Shown here: positions 1 through 9,294 of the stretch, piece by piece
How the letters are laid out: every line of letters starts with the position of its first letter
Position numbering within the stretch: position 1 is the first letter of the stretch
Origin: Geopsychrobacteraceae bacterium
GTDB taxonomy: Bacteria > Desulfobacterota > Desulfuromonadia > Desulfuromonadales > Geopsychrobacteraceae
NCBI GenBank assembly: GCA_963662315.1
Contig: OY759353.1
Coordinates: forward strand, 2,112,001-2,176,000
DNA length: 64,000 nt
Reading direction: 5' to 3'
The notes under the pieces: generated by a model
What the model was told of the DNA's origin: nothing
The model's database searches: none
What the model saw: only the letters and a program-made list of their open reading frames with translations
Program-made: the position numbers and the translations under genes

Positions 1-2592
1 GACCAGCAGTTTGATGTTGGCAGTGATATCACGCACATCACCGACCTGATCAACCACCGGGATAGCGGTGATGATGGCGTTGGTCGCAATCTGGCCGATG
101 GTGGCGTCTTCGTTAAAATCTCCCTGTAGCGCGCCCCAGGTCCAGTCGGCTGCGTCCTTGGTGGTATCCCAGGCCCCTTTGAGGGTCGTGGTCATGCGTT
201 CAAACCACCCCTGTTCTTCCGGGTGCGGCTGGGGTTCGCTGGTGACCAACTGTTCTACTTCGCCTGGGTCTCCACCATAATCGACGCGAACATCTTCTTT
301 GTCGGCGGGAAGAATGACGTATGCCTTCCCTTGCTTATTCAGCACGCCCTCAGCAATGACGTTATCGCTATCATCATAGACCGTATAACTGGCCCCGGCG
401 ACGCCGCTTCCATCTGCGTAGAGGTATTCAAGCTCGACCCAGTTGGGTGCAGGGGGTGGGCCGGCCTGCCCTTCCATGGTGCCGATCCCAATGGCCGCCG
501 TCGCCGCAACGCCACTGGCCAAACTGACACTCGGCGGGCTGGTGACGTCCATGTTGATCTTGCCACTCATGCTGACGGTTCCGGCAAAGTTGACGTTGGT
601 GCCGAACAGGGTGATGTTGCCGGATGGGTCCATCTTGATGCCACCACCGGCCTGGCCGATGCAGATATCACCTCCACCGTCACCTTGTATTTTGATGGCG
701 CCTCTGCTATCGAGGATCATGCTGCCGCTGTTGATATTGATGGCTGCGGAGCTGCCATCCACCTTGATGCTCATGGCTTCGCGGATATCGATACGCATGT
801 CGTTACCGGCTTCAAACTCGGTATTTTCACCCGACTCAAGCTGGATATTGTTAGCACCACGCAGCAGCACATCGGTAGCCGACTGGTGGTGGATTTCGGC
901 TGTGTTGGTCTGGGTGTGATGGCGGTCTTCCACCACCTGGATGCGATTGTTGCCGACCGTTTCGGTCAGGGTATCACCACTGGTGGTATCAAGGGTCTGT
1001 TTGGCGTAGAACGCGGCCAGGCCCTGCTCTGTGGCCAGGCGGATCAGGTGTTCGGCCTTGCTGGCGTTGAGGTGCAGCATATTGTGACCGGCGAAGGTGC
1101 GCAAGGTGATGATTGGTGCGTCGATGGTATCATCGAGCAAGAGTTCCTGATCATTGGCGCTGCGCAGACGATTCTGGGCGGCATTGCTGGCGCTGACCGG
1201 GGACGGGGTTTCCGGGTTGGGCAGACTACCGATAATAACCGGGCGGTCGGGATCGCCGTTCAGGCAACTGACCAGAATTTCGACGCCGTCCTGCAGCGGG
1301 GTGTGGAAGCCGGGCTGATGGCCGTTTCCGGTGCCGCCGTAGGGTTGCAGGCGCCGCGTGAAGATGCTGTTCTGGGCGAAGGGTTTTGTCAGGCTGTCGT
1401 TATGCTGACGGTAACGGGTCCGTCCGGCGCTGTCCAGTTGGGCTGTTGGGTCTTTGCTTTCTATGCGTGCGGTCACTGCCAGGGGCACTTTGGGGCGTTT
1501 GCTTTCAGGCACCCGGTAAGGTGTTTCGCGCGGCACCAAAACCACCGCGTTGCTATAGGGGCAATCACTGTCGCCACCCAGGCCAAGGCCGGCATACTGA
1601 TGGAGTTTATGGGTCATTCCGGTGATCAGGTAATCGCCACTGATGCCGCTGCCAAAACGGTCCGCGTCAATGCGCACGATGCGCCCGACACGCAGATCGA
1701 CGGCATGGCTGGAGATGGTCAGTTTCTGCTGTTGCGCTGCTCCGATATGGGCCAACAACTCGGTCGCCGCACTGGCTTCATCGGTACTGGTCACACCGCG
1801 CCCAGTGCAGACCAAGGTGGTCCCATACGCGGATTTGCCAGCGCCTGGCAGCTGGCGCTCGCTGAGCAAGGCCTGTCCCGGTGCTGATTCAGCGACGTCG
1901 TGGACCAGATAGCAGTCACTGACCAGCTGCGCCCCCAGTTCCATGGTCAGCACATCGTTGTCAGTGGCATCATGGTCCAGCCCGGCATTGGCCCGGTACT
2001 CAAGCGCCGGACGCGCCAGCGGTCGGCAATGGCTGGCCGTGTCGGCAAAATGGAGCACTTCCTGCTCGTCACTGGCCGCGGACCAGAACAGGATGCCGTG
2101 CCGACTGCATAAGCGGGCGAGAAAATCAAAGTCGCTTTCGCCAGCCTGCAGGGTGGTCGGCCGGGCCGGGTAACTCTGTCCCCAGTCACAGAACAGGGCA
2201 TTGTCATCAAGCCCATGGCGGTTGCACAGCCGTTGAATAATCTCAGGCAGGCTGTGATCGAGCAGCAGACGGGTATCGCTCACCTGCTGAAACCGGTACA
2301 GATGTGAGCTTACCTCCAGACGCCACAGTTGCCGCTGATCGGGCAGGCCCATGACATGAGCAACCTGAGTGACCAGACCGAAGACGGTGCGCTGTTGACC
2401 GCTGGTCGCCAACATCGACATGCGAACGCTGCTGCCCAACTGGTTGGTGAGCGACTGATAACCGGGCACGACGAGTTCTAGGGCAAAAGAAAACGGGCGG
2501 TTAAAGGCTTCCTGCCCGGTCACAGATACGACGGCATAATCAGCACCACCGACCCGGACGGTCAAGCGTGACTGAGCAGCAGATATTGACAA
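1..2592 (-). CDS. vgrG: Type VI secretion tip protein VgrG with C-terminal extension (TTR-like segment + FIX-like motif); 3' end runs off the window
   Basis: Hand translation of the minus strand: TTG at 2592 with AAGGAG at 2601-2606, and no stop down to position 1. VgrG motifs QAGESDFDFLARL (about 2110-2150), GDYLITGMTH and VEILVSCLNGDPDRPVIIGSLPN (about 1215-1285), then beta-helix-like repeats. Absent from the ORF track because no stop lies in the window. Confidence 0.93.
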   Translation of the reverse strand, partial: MSISAAQSRLTVRVGGADYAVVSVTGQEAFNRPFSFALELVVPGYQSLTNQLGSSVRMSMLATSGQQRTVFGLVTQVAHVMGLPDQRQLWRLEVSSHLYRFQQVSDTRLLLDHSLPEIIQRLCNRHGLDDNALFCDWGQSYPARPTTLQAGESDFDFLARLCSRHGILFWSAASDEQEVLHFADTASHCRPLARPALEYRANAGLDHDATDNDVLTMELGAQLVSDCYLVHDVAESAPGQALLSERQLPGAGKSAYGTTLVCTGRGVTSTDEASAATELLAHIGAAQQQKLTISSHAVDLRVGRIVRIDADRFGSGISGDYLITGMTHKLHQYAGLGLGGDSDCPYSNAVVLVPRETPYRVPESKRPKVPLAVTARIESKDPTAQLDSAGRTRYRQHNDSLTKPFAQNSIFTRRLQPYGGTGNGHQPGFHTPLQDGVEILVSCLNGDPDRPVIIGSLPNPETPSPVSASNAAQNRLRSANDQELLLDDTIDAPIITLRTFAGHNMLHLNASKAEHLIRLATEQGLAAFYAKQTLDTTSGDTLTETVGNNRIQVVEDRHHTQTNTAEIHHQSATDVLLRGANNIQLESGENTEFEAGNDMRIDIREAMSIKVDGSSAAININSGSMILDSRGAIKIQGDGGGDICIGQAGGGIKMDPSGNITLFGTNVNFAGTVSMSGKINMDVTSPPSVSLASGVAATAAIGIGTMEGQAGPPPAPNWVELEYLYADGSGVAGASYTVYDDSDNVIAEGVLNKQGKAYVILPADKEDVRVDYGGDPGEVEQLVTSEPQPHPEEQGWFERMTTTLKGAWDTTKDAADWTWGALQGDFNEDATIGQIATNAIITAIPVVDQVGDVRDITANIKLLV

Positions 2593-2845
2593 GGGTCCCC
2601 CTCCTTGTGAAAAACTGGCTTTTTCTCGTTAGCTTTTAGCCTGAGCTGACGAGTGCTTAAAGTTCATCTATGGGAATGAATTACTACAGGTAAAGATCAT
2701 CTCTTTTAAAGATTAAGGTCTGCAGACGGATTCTCTCAGAATCTGGTCTATTCGACATGTGGATTGGTCCTTCTGGCGCTACCAACAACAATGTAGTTTA
2801 CTCAAAGAATCTGACAAAAATATGATTGCTAACTGCGGGGCCACA

Positions 2846-3643
2846 TCAGGGCCGGATGCCCACGGCATCAAGATCCTCAAGACTGTAACCATAGCTGGAC
2901 GAATCACGCTTTTCTTTACGCTGATCCTCAGCGACATCGACATTAAAATCCACCACCACGGGCAAATGATCGGACAACGTCACCTGTGGAACAAAAAAAT
3001 CCTGAATGACAATATTTTTGCTGTGCAGAACGAAATCGAGGTGTTGTGTGGGATTACGACTGGGATAAGTCGGCAGACTGCGGAGATTGGCATTCTGCAG
3101 TCCGGTCGCGGCCAGGAACAGATCGATCTCCTGTTCCCCCCACAACATGTTGAAATCACCGGCCAGAATAAAGGGACGATCAGCTTTGCTGACCAGATCA
3201 TACAGGGCCGACAGCTGCTGATGACGGGTCCGGGCCCCCAATGACAAGTGCACCAGGTAAACAAGCAAGTGTTCCATTTCCAGTTCCATGACCAGTCGCT
3301 TCATCCCCTGATCAAAGAAATGAAAACGTTCATTGCGAATGCGATCACGCGCCAGAAAGGCATTCCCCTGCCGGTTAAGAACAGGAACATGGCGCCAGAA
3401 GGACGTTTCCCCGTATTTTGTCGAATAAGAATGGTAGTGCCCCAGGGAATCAGCCAGTAATTCCACCTGATTTTTATGTCCGGTTCGATAGGATCCATAA
3501 TCGATTTCAACCAGGCCGACCAGATCTGGCTCTAATTCGCGCAGAAAAGCGCCGATCCGGCTTAGATTTCTCCCCGAAGGCCGGATAAAGTTGTGAAACC
3601 TGGGTCCCGTCGCATAACGGATATTATAGAGGACAAAACGCAT
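2846..3643 (-). CDS. Endonuclease/exonuclease/phosphatase (EEP) family metal-dependent hydrolase
   Basis: Motifs YNI, DLVGLVE, HLSL, LAGDFN, LDFV and LSDHLPV. Likely start is ATG 3643 (MRFVLYNI) rather than 3706. Confidence 0.88.
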   Translation of the reverse strand: MRFVLYNIRYATGPRFHNFIRPSGRNLSRIGAFLRELEPDLVGLVEIDYGSYRTGHKNQVELLADSLGHYHSYSTKYGETSFWRHVPVLNRQGNAFLARDRIRNERFHFFDQGMKRLVMELEMEHLLVYLVHLSLGARTRHQQLSALYDLVSKADRPFILAGDFNMLWGEQEIDLFLAATGLQNANLRSLPTYPSRNPTQHLDFVLHSKNIVIQDFFVPQVTLSDHLPVVVDFNVDVAEDQRKEKRDSSSYGYSLEDLDAVGIRP

Positions 3644-3968
3644 GACTTTTCCCGGCGAAACAGCAAAAAAACTGTTTTTCGGTACAATGCCGCAGACTGA
3701 AAACAACTGAAGTGATACGCAAGTTTTCGGCCAGTAGCTGTCTATAACAGCTTAATCAAGGAAATCGAGAAAAACAAGTCGAAGAAAAAGAAACTCTCCT
3801 GCAATCAGACCTAGACCCCATAAGCAGCTGTCATTTCTGTAAGAACCGCCGCTACAGCAACCCGACAATCGTTCAAATGAGAGAAACGTTTATAGAGAAC
3901 ATATAAAAAAGCCCACCGGCGATAAGCGCGGCGGGCTTCTCCATGACTCGTTTATTCAATGCAATAAA

Positions 3969-5393
3969 TTATGCATTTTCAGCTTCTCCGGCGGTCACCT
4001 CAACGTTCCTGAATTTCACCATAAAGATGATCAGGCTAAGAGTGGCTACCGCAACCCCAATCCAGGTTGAAACCTCTAGCGACAAACCAAACCCGATTTT
4101 TGCGTAGGCCAGATAAGTCGTAGCGACCGCGGTCATAAAAGTTGCCGGGATGGTGGCAATCCAGTGCAACTTGGCCTCTTTGACCAGATAGGCAGCGGAA
4201 GCCCACAGGACGATGGTTGCCAGGGTCTGGTTAGCCCAACCAAAGTAGCGCCAGATCACCCCGAAGTCGCCACGGGAAACGATAAATCCAACAACGAACA
4301 GGGGAATTGCCAGCAACAGACGCTTACTGGTTTCCTTCTGAGTCAGTTTCAGGAAATCCGCAATGATCAGACGCGCACTGCGGAAGGCGGTATCACCAGA
4401 AGAGATTGGCAGGACAACAACACCGATAATGGCCAAAAAGCCACCAACAGGACCGAGCAAGGTGGTGGAAATTTCATTGACGACCCCGGCTGGTCCACCG
4501 TTACCCAGAGCAGCATTCAGTGCTTCAGACCCATTATAGAAAGACATCCCCAGAGTGGCCCAGATCAGGGCGATAATTCCTTCACCGATCATCGAACCAT
4601 AAAAGAGTGGGCGACCATATTTTTCATTGGTGACGCAGCGGGCCATCAATGGCGACTGCGTGGCGTGAAAACCACTGATCGCACCACAGGCAATGGTAAT
4701 GAACATCAGTGGCCACAAGGGCAATTCTTTAGGATGCAGGTTAGACAAGGTCAGTTCAGGGAAGAAGTGGTACCCCTTGGCAATCAGTGCAACGGTCAGC
4801 CCGAGTGCCATGAAGATGAGAACCGCACCAAACAGCGGATAAAGACGTCCGATAATTTTATCAACAGGCAGAATAGTCGCGAGGAAGTAGTAGGCAAAGA
4901 TGATAGCAACCCAGGCCGGTACGGCGAGACCCGTCAGACTGCCGAGCAACTTGGCCGGGCCAAGCACAAAAACAACCCCAACCAGCAAGAGAAGAACGAT
5001 TGAGAACACCCGCATGAACTGTTTAAAAGCGACCCCAAGCTCATTACCGACGACATCAGGAATCGACTGCCCTCCGGAACGCATTGACAGCATACCGGAA
5101 AAATAGTCATGAACGGCGCCGGCAAAAATACAGCCGATAACAATCCAGATCAGTGCCGACGGTCCGTAAAGTGCGCCGAGAATCGGTCCAAAAATCGGCC
5201 CCAGGCCAGCAATATTCAACAGCTGAATCAGAAAGATTTTCTTCGGTGACATTTCTACATAATCGACCCCGTCGTTCATCGTCGTGGCAGGCGTGGGGAG
5301 ATTAGAGTTTGGTCCGAAGATGCGATCGACAAAGGACCCATAGACAAAGTAGCCAATGACCAACAATGCGACGCAGCCAAAGAAATAAAGCAT
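3969..5393 (-). CDS. cstA: Carbon starvation CstA family transporter (BtsT-like, probable pyruvate/peptide uptake)
   Basis: IAGLGPIFGP, GAVHDY and ITIACGAISGFHATQSP motifs; multiple TM helices; AGGAGG RBS. Confidence 0.92.
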   Translation of the reverse strand: MLYFFGCVALLVIGYFVYGSFVDRIFGPNSNLPTPATTMNDGVDYVEMSPKKIFLIQLLNIAGLGPIFGPILGALYGPSALIWIVIGCIFAGAVHDYFSGMLSMRSGGQSIPDVVGNELGVAFKQFMRVFSIVLLLLVGVVFVLGPAKLLGSLTGLAVPAWVAIIFAYYFLATILPVDKIIGRLYPLFGAVLIFMALGLTVALIAKGYHFFPELTLSNLHPKELPLWPLMFITIACGAISGFHATQSPLMARCVTNEKYGRPLFYGSMIGEGIIALIWATLGMSFYNGSEALNAALGNGGPAGVVNEISTTLLGPVGGFLAIIGVVVLPISSGDTAFRSARLIIADFLKLTQKETSKRLLLAIPLFVVGFIVSRGDFGVIWRYFGWANQTLATIVLWASAAYLVKEAKLHWIATIPATFMTAVATTYLAYAKIGFGLSLEVSTWIGVAVATLSLIIFMVKFRNVEVTAGEAENA

Positions 5394-5540
5394 GACATTC
5401 CTCCTTCTAGGGGGTTGATTGTTACGCCGCAGAGGACCTTAAGTCTTTAGTTTTGAGATCGTCAATCAGCGTGTTATGCAGCTTAGCAGGAACAAAATTA
5501 AGAAAACCACCAGCAAACAGCCGGTGGTTCTATGGATTGA

Positions 5541-5568
5541 CGAATGGTCATATATGACATTGAGCGGC
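5541..5568 (-). promoter_or_regulatory. Candidate LytTR (BtsR/YehT-type) direct-repeat binding site upstream of cstA
   Basis: Minus strand reads GCCGCTCA-N12-ACCATTCG. This resembles the E. coli YehT/BtsR motif ACC[G/A]CT[C/T]A, but is imperfect and has a spacer 1 nt shorter. Confidence 0.45.
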
Positions 5569-5592
5569 AAGGCCAATTCTTCTAAGCCCCAG

Positions 5593-7212
5593 TTAAATAG
5601 AATATTTTTCTAATTTTCTATAAAGAGTCGCAACGCTTATATTTAGCTCTTTTGCGGCCCGCGTTTTATTCCCGTTCATCATAGTCAGAGCATTCAGAAT
5701 TCCTTGACGTTCCATCACATCAAGGGGAATGATTCGGTCAGGACTAAAGGTACGGGCATTATTCATACGCAACTCTTCCGGCAGGTCGTCCAGGTCAATT
5801 TTGCTGCTGTCGCTCATTGCCACAGCATATTCTATGGTATTTTCGAGCTCCCTGACATTTCCCGGCCAGGAATATTGAATTAACCGATCGGCGGCCTGAG
5901 GGGTAAACGCCATCATTCTCCGGTCCCTTTGTATAGCACTCTTATCAAGGAACGTTCTGGCCAACGGCAGGATATCTTCACGCCGTTCACGAAGAGGAGG
6001 GACCTTGAGCTCAATCACGCGCAATCGGTAATAGAGGTCCTGGCGAAAAGTTCCCCTTCGGACCTCCTCTGCCAGGTTGCGGTTGGTTGCTGCAACAATC
6101 CGGAAATCCACCGACCGCGAATGGCTTTCTCCAACCCGACGAATCTCCCGTTCCTGAAGAACCCGTAGTATTTTGACCTGCATAGCAGGTGAAATTTCAC
6201 CAACTTCGTCCAAGAATAGGGTGCCACCATCAACAGCTTCAAAAAATCCAACGCGATCATGGGTTGCTCCTGAAAAAGATCCTTTCATTGAGCCAAACAT
6301 CTCGCTCTCCAGCAGACTTTCGGTAATAGCAGCACAATTGATAGCTAAAAACGGTTTATCACAGCGCCTGGAGTTCTGGTGAATGAAACGCGCCACTCGT
6401 TCTTTGCCAACCCCGGTTTCACCATATATGACAACCGACGATTCTCCCTCGGCCACTCGCCCAGCAACATCAAGAGTCGCCTGCATGGTGCGGCTTTTGG
6501 CATCATTTTCATAACCATCGTATCGCCCGAGACAGCTTAGTTTCTGCTCTTTCTCAGCGAGTTTACGCTCAAGATTTTTTAGTTTTTCTGTGAGCGTGGT
6601 AAAAATAGTATCGACAGATTCGGCGTCGTAGTATGCCAGTTGATCAGCATAACGGTCACCCCAGTCCTCTTTGCTTCGTCCTTCAATCCTGCAGAAAGAG
6701 TCTCCTTTACCTTGGCAGTAAGTTTCAAGAAAATATACTGGCCGTTTGCGCCATTTGGAAACAAATCCCGATGCAAAACCTGTAATCGTCCAGCAAACAG
6801 GCAACTCGGATGCACCAAGGTGAATATTATGCTGTTCCACCTCATAAGAATCCTGCCAAGTGGTTCTGATCAGCGGTTCTCCATCTCGTCCTTCTGGCTT
6901 TTCATGAGCAACAGGGGTCAGGTGCCCGTAAAGAGAGTGGAGATAAGGACCATTAAAATTTTTTTGCAGGGAGGAAAACTTGCCTTGATCCAACATTTCC
7001 GCCATCCGCCACCCCTGAGCATAGCCAAAACGCGTCAGGATTGCCCTTGCGGTCTTAAGACCAAGGCTTTGAACCAGTTCTTTTCTCAGCAAGCCGTGTG
7101 CGACTGAATCAAACATCAGAACGCGCTGAGTTTCCATAAAATGAATAATGCCACTCTGATCCTGGCGGCTGAGTATTTCGTTGAAATCAAAATAGTTCCA
7201 ATGCATCCCCAA
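5593..7212 (-). CDS. Sigma54-dependent enhancer-binding protein, XylR/DmpR type (XylR_N + V4R + AAA+ + HTH_8)
   Basis: N-terminal LLRKELVQSLG..ARAILTRFGY, V4R PVCW...ETYCQGKGDSFC, Walker A GETGVGKE, GSFSGA (GAFTGA variant), WPGNVREL, C-terminal Fis HTH. Start is 7212 or 7206. Confidence 0.93.
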   Translation of the reverse strand: MGMHWNYFDFNEILSRQDQSGIIHFMETQRVLMFDSVAHGLLRKELVQSLGLKTARAILTRFGYAQGWRMAEMLDQGKFSSLQKNFNGPYLHSLYGHLTPVAHEKPEGRDGEPLIRTTWQDSYEVEQHNIHLGASELPVCWTITGFASGFVSKWRKRPVYFLETYCQGKGDSFCRIEGRSKEDWGDRYADQLAYYDAESVDTIFTTLTEKLKNLERKLAEKEQKLSCLGRYDGYENDAKSRTMQATLDVAGRVAEGESSVVIYGETGVGKERVARFIHQNSRRCDKPFLAINCAAITESLLESEMFGSMKGSFSGATHDRVGFFEAVDGGTLFLDEVGEISPAMQVKILRVLQEREIRRVGESHSRSVDFRIVAATNRNLAEEVRRGTFRQDLYYRLRVIELKVPPLRERREDILPLARTFLDKSAIQRDRRMMAFTPQAADRLIQYSWPGNVRELENTIEYAVAMSDSSKIDLDDLPEELRMNNARTFSPDRIIPLDVMERQGILNALTMMNGNKTRAAKELNISVATLYRKLEKYSI

Positions 7213-7215
7213 ACC

Positions 7216-7247
7216 CTCTCACTTTGCAATACTACTCTCTCATTTTG
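7216..7247 (+). promoter_or_regulatory. Candidate upstream activator sites (tandem CTCTCA[C/T]TTTG, 21-bp period)
   Basis: CTCTCACTTTG at 7216 and CTCTCATTTTG at 7237, about 70-90 bp upstream of the sigma54 promoter and next to the activator's own start. Confidence 0.5.
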
Positions 7248-7304
7248 TGGCAATAAACATGTCATTAATGCCCGATAGCAGCGCAAAAATCCACTTTTTT
7301 CTTG

Positions 7305-7320
7305 TGGCACATATCCTGCT
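7305..7320 (+). promoter_or_regulatory. Sigma54 -24/-12 promoter for the esterase gene
   Basis: TGGCAC-ATATC-CTGCT with exact GG-N10-GC spacing, adjacent to a divergent sigma54 activator gene. Confidence 0.85.
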
Positions 7321-7452
7321 CAGTGCAATAGCAATCAGCTGATTAAAACTGTTTTTGATTTTATGCCCGGTGCGATCATTGAATATTCGCAAGAATGCTC
7401 CCTGACCGACACCATCCATTATTTCTATCTATTCACTGGATTAGGAGATTTT

Positions 7453-9237
7453 ATGGCCAAACGACCAGAATTATCGTGGTCTACCTCTGTTTTAAGCGTA
7501 GTGCTTATTCTGCCCTTACTACTGCTCATTTCCTGCAGCAGCGACAATGATCACGACGACAAAACGTCACTGCCACAATTGGACCCAGCTGTAGGTGCTC
7601 AACTTCTCAGCTGTACCGATCTGTCCACTCAGTTTGCTTATACAAACCTCGTCATAACTTCTGCAGAAGAGGTCCCGGCAGGAACCCTCCACGTCGGCGG
7701 TAATGACATCGCTGCTCACTGTCTGGTTAAAGGTAAAATGAACGAGCGCAATAGCACAGTGAACCCTGCGGTAGAAGATAACACCTACGCCATGAGCTTT
7801 GAAATGCGTTTACCTGTTGACTGGAATGGACGCTTTTTCTATCAGGGCAATGGTGGTTTGGACGGCGTTGTCAAAACCGCTACCGGAGAGGTCAGTGGTG
7901 GCGGCGGCCTGACCAACGCTCTACATATGGGATTTGCTGTTATCAGTTCCGATGCCGGCCACAGCGGCTACAGTCCATACTTCGGCCTTGATCCTCAGGC
8001 TCGACTCGATTATGGCTACAATACCGTTGCCACACTGACACCTATGGCCAAGGAGCTCATTAAAACCGCTTACGGAAAAGGCCCCGATCGTTCCTATATC
8101 GGAGGAACATCAAATGGTGGCCGCCATACCATGGTCGCATCGACGAGAACTCCGGAAGAATTTGACGGATATCTTGCCGGAGCTCCCGGTTTCCACTTGC
8201 CTAAAGCAGCTATTGCCCAGGTATTCGGTGCCCAGCAATATGCAAAAGTCCTTGCTAGTGAGGGTACCACTCCGATCATGGAAAACATTGCAAAGACAAA
8301 GTCGAATTTGTATCTAGCATTCACGCAAGTAGAGCGCCAGTTGGTTGCCGATGCTATTCTGGCAAAATGTGATGCCCTTGATGGTGCAGAAGATGGTCTG
8401 GTTGAAGACGTGGAAGGCTGCCAGTTCAACTTCAATATCCTGACCGATGTTCCAACCTGTACAAGTGGCCGTGATGGCTCCTGCCTTTCCGAAGTACAAA
8501 AAAGTGCTATCAGCGCGCTTTACTCTGGTGCACGCAACAGCCTTGGAGAGGAGCTTTATTCCGATTGGGCCTACGACCCAGCTCTCATCAACTCGAATTG
8601 GGCATACTGGGAATTTGACGCATCGACATCCAACCGTGACCCTCTCTCCCTGGGCTTTATCTTCATGACACCTCCCGAAGATCCAAGTGTCAGGGATGAC
8701 ACCCTTAACTATGCGCTAACGTTCAATATGGACACAGACGCCCCTAAAATTTTTCAAACCAGTGGCATTTACTCTGAAAGCGCATGGTCTTTTATGACCC
8801 CGGTCAACCCTACAGATCTTAGTGTCATGCGTGATCGCGGTGCCAAAATGATCGTTTACCATGGTAACTGTGATCCCGTTTTTTCAGTCCAGGATACGGC
8901 CGATTGGTATGACGATCTGACTGCGGCCAATCAGGGTGACGCATCAAATTTTGTTCGCTTTTTCCGCGTTCCGGGCATGAGCCACTCGAAGGGAGGAATT
9001 TCAACCGATCAGTTTGATGCACTGACTGCTCTTGTAAACTGGGTGGAGTACGGCGAGAAGCCGGAACAAATCATTGCCAAGGCCCGAGGAGATATCAACA
9101 ATCCTGGCGGCCAGAACACAGAAATTCCCGCGAGTTGGGATCCGAACCGGACCCGTCCGCTATGCCCGTATCCGAAAATTGCCGTCTACAATGGTACAGG
9201 CAGTATCGAAACCGCAGAGAGTTTCACCTGCAAGTAG
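7453..9237 (+). CDS. Tannase/feruloyl esterase family lipoprotein, MHETase-like
   Basis: AGGAGA RBS then ATG 7453; lipobox LLISC. Motifs WNGRFF, FGLDPQARLDYGYN, GTSNGGR (Ser 8110), AGAPG..LPKA, CDALDG, YHGNCD (Asp 8872), VPGMSH (His 8983), RTRPLCPYP. Confidence 0.93.
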   Translation: MAKRPELSWSTSVLSVVLILPLLLLISCSSDNDHDDKTSLPQLDPAVGAQLLSCTDLSTQFAYTNLVITSAEEVPAGTLHVGGNDIAAHCLVKGKMNERNSTVNPAVEDNTYAMSFEMRLPVDWNGRFFYQGNGGLDGVVKTATGEVSGGGGLTNALHMGFAVISSDAGHSGYSPYFGLDPQARLDYGYNTVATLTPMAKELIKTAYGKGPDRSYIGGTSNGGRHTMVASTRTPEEFDGYLAGAPGFHLPKAAIAQVFGAQQYAKVLASEGTTPIMENIAKTKSNLYLAFTQVERQLVADAILAKCDALDGAEDGLVEDVEGCQFNFNILTDVPTCTSGRDGSCLSEVQKSAISALYSGARNSLGEELYSDWAYDPALINSNWAYWEFDASTSNRDPLSLGFIFMTPPEDPSVRDDTLNYALTFNMDTDAPKIFQTSGIYSESAWSFMTPVNPTDLSVMRDRGAKMIVYHGNCDPVFSVQDTADWYDDLTAANQGDASNFVRFFRVPGMSHSKGGISTDQFDALTALVNWVEYGEKPEQIIAKARGDINNPGGQNTEIPASWDPNRTRPLCPYPKIAVYNGTGSIETAESFTCK

Positions 9238-9294
9238 TAAACCTGAAGCCTAGGTGCGACTAAGAAGTTTTGCAGACTAAGGTTTCAAATCTGC

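Noticed and set aside
223..1887. 554-aa plus-strand ORF
   Set aside because: Antisense shadow of vgrG; it has no recognisable motifs, while the minus frame has clear VgrG signatures.
7453..9237. Calling the esterase a true MHETase or plastic-degrading enzyme
   Set aside because: The lid region that binds terephthalate looks shorter and different, and the active-site disulfide is absent. Activity cannot be inferred from motifs.
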